A stretch of DNA of 63,973 nt, filler included, from Octopus bimaculoides (Eukaryota), in the NCBI RefSeq assembly GCF_001194135.2. It is 6 parts of 6 records of this genome, joined end to end, with 100 filler letters (N's around TTAATTAATTAA, not from the genome) between each part and the next. Parts side by side here need not be neighbours in the genome. Positions count along the whole stretch, not along the records: positions 1 to 24,915 come from NC_068992.1; 5 more parts are not named here. One strand, given 5' to 3'. Under the pieces are notes generated by a model that did not search any database, had not been told where the DNA came from, and worked only from the letters and a program-made list of their open reading frames with translations. The translations under genes were made by a program, and so were the position numbers. Shown piece after piece: positions 13,810 to 21,999 of the stretch (the stretch's first letter is position 1; each line of letters begins with the position of its first letter).

Positions 13810-16473
13810 ATAGTCTAAAATAGCGAAATGATTTATTGAGTTAAAGCACTTGGTTCAGTCAAGATGTTTTGCAAGCAACTTGCACATGCAAGTGCTTCCA
13901 GTCGAAATCTTTGCATACCGGAAGCCAGCAAGTGTATGGGGTCATGAAGAGAGAATGCGCGCCGTTTCGGGGCCTAAATCTCGATGGCATCATTGCGCAC
14001 CGGCCCCCTCACTGATATAAGGCCCCGCTTGCTAGATCAACTGGTTATCAAATAAAACGCAATATTCTTCTAGCCATCGCTCATTGTCTCTTTTTAACTA
14101 AATCCAGTGACTAGCCTTTTCCACTGTAATTTGAATATCGGTCATGATGGTATTTACCTTACAATGAATTAGGCCTAACGATAACAACAGTCGCCTCACA
14201 TTGTGTCCAACAAATCCTCTCCGTCCAACTTCGATTGGAAAATGCTCCGCTCTCCAGCCTGCGTTTTCACATTCCGCGAGGAGGTATACATAGGACCAAA
14301 ACTATAAAATTTTTCATGCTTTCCTCTATCATTGCAGCTAAGATAAATATATTTTGCTTTTAAAAATAAAAAAGTTATTTAGATCTAAACTTGATTGGTG
14401 ACGTTACTTACTCTCCTATAAAGTTGCTACAAATTTTGATGTAAACTTTTTCTATTGTCACTACACGATACAGATGTTGTATTAGCTGGTAGTAAGTATC
14501 CTTAGTATTCCGGACAAAATGCTCAGTGGCATTTTGTTCGCCTTTATATTCTGAGTTCAAATTCTGCCGGAGTCGACTTATCCTTTCATTCTTCCGGTAT
14601 CAATGAAATAAGTACCAGCTGAGCACTGAGGTCTGTATAATCGACTAGCCTCCTTTCTCAAAATTTCAGAGCTTGTGCTATNNNNNNNNNNNNNNNNNNN
14701 NNNNNNNNNNNNNNNNNNNNNNNNNNNNNNNNNNNNNNNNNNNNNNNNNNNNNNNNNNNNNNNNNNNNNNNNNNNNNNNNNNNNNNNNNNNNNNNNNNNN
14801 NNNNNNNNNNNNNNNNNNNNNNNNNNNNNNNNNNNNNNNNNNNNNNNNNNNNNNNNNNNNNNNNNNNNNNNNNNNNNNNNNNNNNNNNNNNNNNNNNNNN
14901 NNNNNNNNNNNNNNNNNNNNNNNNNNNNNNNNNNNNNNNNNNNNNNNNNNNNNNNNNNNNNNNNNNNNNNNNNNNNNNNNNNNNNNNNNNNNNNNNNNNN
15001 NNNNNNNNNNNNNNNNNNNNNNNNNNNNNNNNNNNNNNNNNNNNNNNNNNNNNNNNNNNNNNNNNNNNNNNNNNNNNNNNNNNNNNNNNNNNNNNNNNNN
15101 NNNNNNNNNNNNNNNNNNNNNNNNNNNNNNNNNNNNNNNNNNNNNNNNNNNNNNNNNNNNNNNNNNNNNNNNNNNNNNNNNNNNNNNNNNNNNNNNNNNN
15201 NNNNNNNNNNNNNNNNNNNNNNNNNNNNNNNNNNNNNNNNNNNNNNNNNNNNNNNNNNNNNNNNNNNNNNNNNNNNNNNNNNNNNNNNNNNNNNNNNNNN
15301 NNNNNNNNNNNNNNNNNNNNNNNNNNNNNNNNNNNNNNNNNNNNNNNNNNNNNNNNNNNNNNNNNNNNNNNNNNNNNNNNNNNNNNNNNNNNNNNNNNNN
15401 NNNNNNNNNNNNNNNNNNNNNNNNNNNNNNNNNNNNNNNNNNNNNNNNNNNNNNNNNNNNNNNNNNNNNNNNNNNNNNNNNNNNNNNNNNNNNNNNNNNN
15501 NNNNNNNNNNNNNNNNNNNNNNNNNNNNNNNNNNNNNNNNNNNNNNNNNNNNNNNNNNNNNNNNNNNNNNNNNNNNNNNNNNNNNNNNNNNNNNNNNNNN
15601 NNNNNNNNNNNNNNNNNNNNNNNNNNNNNNNNATAGGGGTAGTTTTCCTGTTCAGGCTATATTATTAGCATTATTCTGCGTTTGAAAATTTAAAATCACT
15701 TCTTTAACTTTCTAAGACATCTCAACGCTTCTAAAGCAAACTTCGTTTGTTTGTTTACATTCATCGTAATTTGAATTTATTAGTAAATGTGTTTTGTACT
15801 TATCAATTTCAATTTTTTTTTTTTTTTTCATTTTCCTCCACCAGGTATATAACTCATCATATTCAGATCTACAATTGGAAGATATATCTCTAATGAATTA
15901 TATTTCATTACCAAATAATATTTTAAACCACCTAAAAGCCGAAGAACGGTCATCCGTTTCAAGGGTCTCATTCTCCTCCATGCGTGATGATAAACTATAT
16001 ACGGTATGGAACAAAAATTTCATATTTGTGTTCTTGCAGCTGACTAGTTGTTAGCAGATGTAAAGCAAATTATCCATTCCTTATAGCAAGTACAAGCCTC
16101 AGCTTTGAACCCGCATGTAATATATTGTAATATATTGTGTTTAGTTGTTGTACTAAATAAAAAAAAATGTTGAAGTACAACACTAACACTGGTTTCATAC
16201 TTTAACTGCGTATTAAACTTTTCTTCTATTGAATATATCAATTTAATTAATGATTTCTCCTTACAGGTAATACAAAAATCTAGAAACGAAAGAATCTCTA
16301 AAATTAACAGTCATATTATTGCTTCAAAATTTCCTAACATTCAAATAACCAAGCTTGATGAACCAGTTACCATTTCATTCAATTTAAAATATAAGGTAAT
16401 ATTTACGCATCTGTTATTGCTATAGTTTTTGTTAACGTTTCATTCGAAGGTCATATGAACCACAATGACCTAC

Positions 16474-16504
<31 letters not shown>

Positions 16505-19500
16505 ACTTATTTATTGGAGTGGTTTCGGCATTAGAGATTGCGATATTTGTAGGAGAGGTTTTAGTTTTATTTAATTGTTAATTCTGACAATTATTACCAA
16601 GAAGATTTAAAGAATAATTCCTTAGTGAATATTATAATAACAACACAAGTGTACAATACATTAAAAAATTTTTTTATTATAATATCCACTAAGAATTATT
16701 TTTAATCTTCTTGGTAATAATTGTCAGAATTAACAATAAAATACTAAATTTATTTAATATAATTTAAATCACAAATATATCTAATGTTTACTGCGTGCTA
16801 TATATATATATATAANNNNNNNNNNNNNNNNNNNNNNNNNNNNNNNNNNNNNNNNNNNNNNNNNNNNNNNNNNNNNNNNNNNNNNNNNNNNNNNNNNNNN
16901 NNNNNNNNNNNNNNNNNNNNNNNNNNNNNNNNNNNNNNNNNNNNNNNNNNNNNNNNNNNNNNNNNNNNNNNNNNNNNNNNNNNNNNNNNNNNNNNNNNNN
17001 NNNNNNNNNNNNNNNNNNNNNNNNNNNNNNNNNNNNNNNNNNNNNNNNNNNNNNNNNNNNNNNNNNNNNNNNNNNNNNNNNNNNNNNNNNNNNNNNNNNN
17101 NNNNNNNNNNNNNNNNNNNNNNNNNNNNNNNNNNNNNNNNNNNNNNNNNNNNNNNNNNNNNNNNNNNNNNNNNNNNNNNNNNNNNNNNNNNNNNNNNNNN
17201 NNNNNNNNNNNNNNNNNNNNNNNNNNNNNNNNNNNNNNNNNNNNNNNNNNNNNNNNNNNNNNNNNNNNNNNNNNNNNNNNNNNNNNNNNNNNNNNNNNNN
17301 NNNNNNNNNNNNNNNNNNNNNNNNNNNNNNNNNNNNNNNNNNNNNNNNNNNNNNNNNNNNNNNNNNNNNNNNNNNNNNNNNNNNNNNNNNNNNNNNNNNN
17401 NNNNNNNNNNNNNNNNNNNNNNNNNNNNNNNNNNNNNNNNNNNNNNNNNNNNNNNNNNNNNNNNNNNNNNNNNNNNNNNNNNNNNNNNNNNNNNNNNNNT
17501 ATATATATATATGATGTAGATGCAGATATGTACACGTATATTTTAATGCTTCATGTTGCTGGTTGTATTCTTCAGTTAATCTTATGTCTTTAATCTTCAA
17601 TTAATCTTCTGGCTTTAATCTTGCATTACCCACCGTGGTTGTTACTATGTTCAGAATTATAACTTATTATATCATTATTCTTGCAAATATTGTGTGTGTT
17701 GGTGGAAATATTCTTTTAATCCCAAGATACGTTTTTGATTGTTTGTGTTGTATTTTAGTGTAACCTGTCAGTTGCTTTTTGTATGTTTGTATATAGCATA
17801 TTTAGGTTGTAGCTGTGTACTTTCAGTATAAAGTTTTGATGGAGATTTCATCTGGTTCCGATTGTTGTAGTTTATCTGCATGCCATTCCTGACCAAGTAG
17901 ACCTATAATGAAACACACACACGCCATCAACATCATATTATTTCATATTTCATTTAATATATCGAGAACTACACTGTCCAGTTTCTTCTTCCTTTGCTAT
18001 GACGATATGTTATAAATTATGAGAATATGCATATATTTATAAACAATAAAGAGTGGTCAGTTATTTCACAAACAGTGATTTTGGATTCATAATGCCGATA
18101 ACAACCAAACATTGATGACCGTGGTCTATTCGATGTTTTGCCAGTCAAATCAGGAAAGCCACAGTGTAGTTACATGTATTTTAATTACAATTACAAAGTA
18201 ATCTGATTCAATTATTTGAATTTGAATTTTTTCAGAATGCCACCAACCCACAGTGTGTTTACTGGGATGAGACCCCTGGGCAGGATCCTCATTGGTCAAC
18301 AAAAGGCTGCAATGCACACAAATATGTACCAGGAGAGAAAGTACTTTGTTTCTGCAACCATCTTACAAGTTTTGCACTATTAATGGTTGGTAACATTATG
18401 ACAAGTTGTGAATTACCTTAATTTGGCAGTTATGCTATGCATTAATGATTTTAAAGAGTTATATAATAACATACCCTCAAGACTTTGTATTAGAGAGTAT
18501 CTTGGTAAATAAGTGAGGTTGACATATTGTAAAAAGTCAGTTTTCTTGTTGCCTTTGCTGTTGTTTATAGTTTTAAACTCGGAATTGTGTCTTTTACATG
18601 ACCGAAGTTACCATTCTCAATGCCGTACATGAGCATTTCTCCAACATTGATGTGAAGGGGATGGGGATTGTGAGAGTGATCTCTCTTGATTTTATAATCT
18701 TCAATTATGCTGAGACCATGGGAATGGTCATGTAACTGACAGAGATGCATTTAAGATATTACAGATCTTCATAGCACACAAAACATGTTTGCTGTTTGGG
18801 CATTAAACATTTGATCTTTTCATGATTCTTTTACAAGACCTTTCGTCTCGTGCATAGCGTTTCCCACCTGAGACATTCATCTCAATAATGCATATGTATC
18901 CAATACCTGTCAGTTGTACAACACCTCTGCTACCTACAACAGTAAAACATACCTCTATTTATGGTAAATATTTTAACCGGTAGGAATTTTGAACACAGCA
19001 AGTAAGTTCACTCCATGACAGTTTTAGCATCTCTTGAAATCACCAGGACGGAGATTAAATTGTTTCTAATGTTGTTTCTATCATTGTCAGTGTTAAGAAC
19101 ATTACTAATGCAGCACACAGTAGCTTTCCCCTTCTACACCAATATTATATATTCTCATAATGTATATAATTATTAACTAACATAAGAAAGAAAGATTAAG
19201 ATGAGCTAAACTGTTTTTATTGCAGGACGTCTACCAAAATGAAGGAAATGTAAAGAATACTCAACTCTTATCTATTATATCAAACGTCGGCTGTGGAATA
19301 TCATTTGTCTTTCTCATTCTTACAGTAATAGTCCATGTTTATTTCAAGTAAGCATTTCATTTTTTTATTTTCTTTGATGAACTGTTCAAATGTAGAGGAC
19401 CAGTATCCATCGTTTTGTGAAATTCTCAAAAGCTGGTGAGAAACCGGGAAACCGGGCCCATGAGCCTGGCTAGGCTTTGAAAGGGCGAAAAAGAAAGAAG

Positions 19501-20308
19501 AAAAAAAGAATAAGGAATTGATATCGTAAACAGCAAAACCTATACAATGAGCACAATTAGTATGAAATATAATGTTTTATATTTCATACAAGCTATTTAA
19601 CACAGATGTTTTAAACAACGCCGTTTGTACACATATATGTCACATAAATTAAGCATAGAATTTATATTTCAAATGAACATCACAGATGCACACACTCGTA
19701 CTTAATATTTATGCATTGAATGATATTTCTATCTAAGAGATTTGTGCTTCAACAAATGAAATATTTCGTTTTTCATTATTTCAGGAAGTTGTGGAAATTA
19801 ATGGCTTCAAAGATTTTAGTAAACTTGTGCATTTCTTTGGCTGTCACTAATCTTATCTTCCTTATTGGAATGCAAGTATACATCGCGAAAATAACGGCTG
19901 TTTGTAAGGTAAGTGAAAACATTTAAACCATTACATATTTTGTTTAATGTTATACGTCATGAACAATACTTAACTACATCAAATAGTTTTTCGTTTTCCA
20001 ATAATAGCCCACGCTGCGGCTCTGTCGGACTTAACCTCAATAAATATTATGTGTAATGTTTGCATCGTTTATCCTGGTTGTCTTCAATTTGCCCAATGTT
20101 CTGTTGCGAAAGATGGCATAATTTTTATGACCAAGTAATTAATGATCAATTTTTAATCCGTCAAAATGTATGTTGTATAATGTCTTCCACACCTCCGCTC
20201 ATCTTTATATAAACCTCTCTCTCACCCCATATGTCTATACAATCCTCTAGTTCAATATTTGTCGAATTTTATCGTATAACTTTGCGCCCTTTTATCTACT
20301 AGGGCAAA

Positions 20309-20360
<52 letters not shown>

Positions 20361-20519
20361 GTTCAGTAGTTTTATTTTTATAACGTGCTTTCACTTCACT
20401 ACCGAGCGCAGCTCTGTGTGCCTTGGGTATGTGCTGTGGTTTGCTGTGATGCTCTTATGGTTACTGTATTGAAAGTGTTTTGCGTAGGATGCGTGCAGTG
20501 CCCAGTAGTGCAATTTTCT

Positions 20520-20575
<56 letters not shown>

Positions 20576-21963
20576 GAGCAGCGCGTGCCATCAGAGTGAC
20601 ACTGGGTTACAAGTATATTCTTCAGGTATTATATACCAATTTCTTCCGGTTGGGATCGGGGGAGCTTGGTTTTCCTTCTACCTCCGACTTCTAATATTGC
20701 GACACACATGCGATGACATCGGCATCAGTGACAATGCATTATTGTCTAAACTAGATGAAATTTTCTGCAATTAATGACCGTATAAAAGTTTTTTGAATTA
20801 GTAGCTACTGATTTCAGTTTCGTTTTTGCTATGTAAACTTTTGGTTTTGAAGAATGAGAAGAATGCCAATGCTCGCCGAATGTTTTCCATATTCCAGATA
20901 AATTATCATTTTCCAGCACGGCATGCACTTTTGCTTCACATTCTTTATTTTCACATTTCCAATATGTTTTTTCAACGTATTTTCTATCTATCCTATAAAG
21001 AAAGTTAAGATCACCAACTAATTTAACACCGTCTCTGCTAATTCCCACTTGAGAGACCATTGTAATGGATTGGCTATACATAAAAAAATTTGTTGAATGA
21101 ATAAAGAAAATTTAAATGAGTAAAGAAATTACTTTACCCCTTCTTATTGGTTTCTCTAATAATATTACAGATAAGTTGGTTAAAACAATTATATACCAAG
21201 GGAGCAATTCATCTTTTTTTCGGTGAAATTGTCTTGCGGCAAAATTTCCGATTTGGCCCAAAATCCTGAGACGAATTTTCCTGCGGCAAACATTCCGGAT
21301 ACGGAAATTCCTCTCTATATTGAAGATTTGTGCTAAAATTTTGATAAGATCTATTTTGATTTTCATCCTTTCTAGGTTCGATAATACAAAGCGTCAATCA
21401 AGCTGTAACACCGAAATAGTCAAATTATATATATATATTCGCCATGATAGATCGCTGACTACTACATTTATATATTTTTTTCTCCTTGTTTCTCTCCTTG
21501 TTTCTTTCTGTGTTCCTTTCAGTTGAAGAGCGTAGGCTCGAAACGTCAAAGACTTTCTCTACTCCCGAGCGTTAAACTAATACATTCATTTGTTGTTTAC
21601 ACCACCTGTCTTCGTCTGTTGTTTCTTTCGTAAATTTTCCTATATATATATATATATATATATGAGACCATATATCAATGTTAAAAATTATTGTTCTGAT
21701 TGTTATTATTATTATTGCAGGCAGTGGCTGCTCTGTTACACTACTTCCTTTTGACAACTGTCATGTGGATGACTGTAGAAGCAGTTCACGTTTGTCTGTC
21801 AGTGATTGTTGTATTCAAAGCATACAAGGAATATATTTTGATGAGGAGTTCCATTTGTGCTTGGTGTATGTATAATGATTTACTGTCTCTCTCTGTCTCT
21901 AACTTTATCTTTTATGCACATATTTTTATCATCCCCCTCCCATACACACGAATACACACACGC

Positions 21964-21999
<36 letters not shown>

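Noticed and set aside
15634-15690. ttttcctgttcag as acceptor for the missing GAIN exon
   Set aside because: In the required phase it reads R-L-Y-Y-stop.
18560-18960. Possible decayed LINE RT on the minus strand (RSC...DQMF)
   Set aside because: The motif match is too fragmentary to support without a frameshift-aware search.
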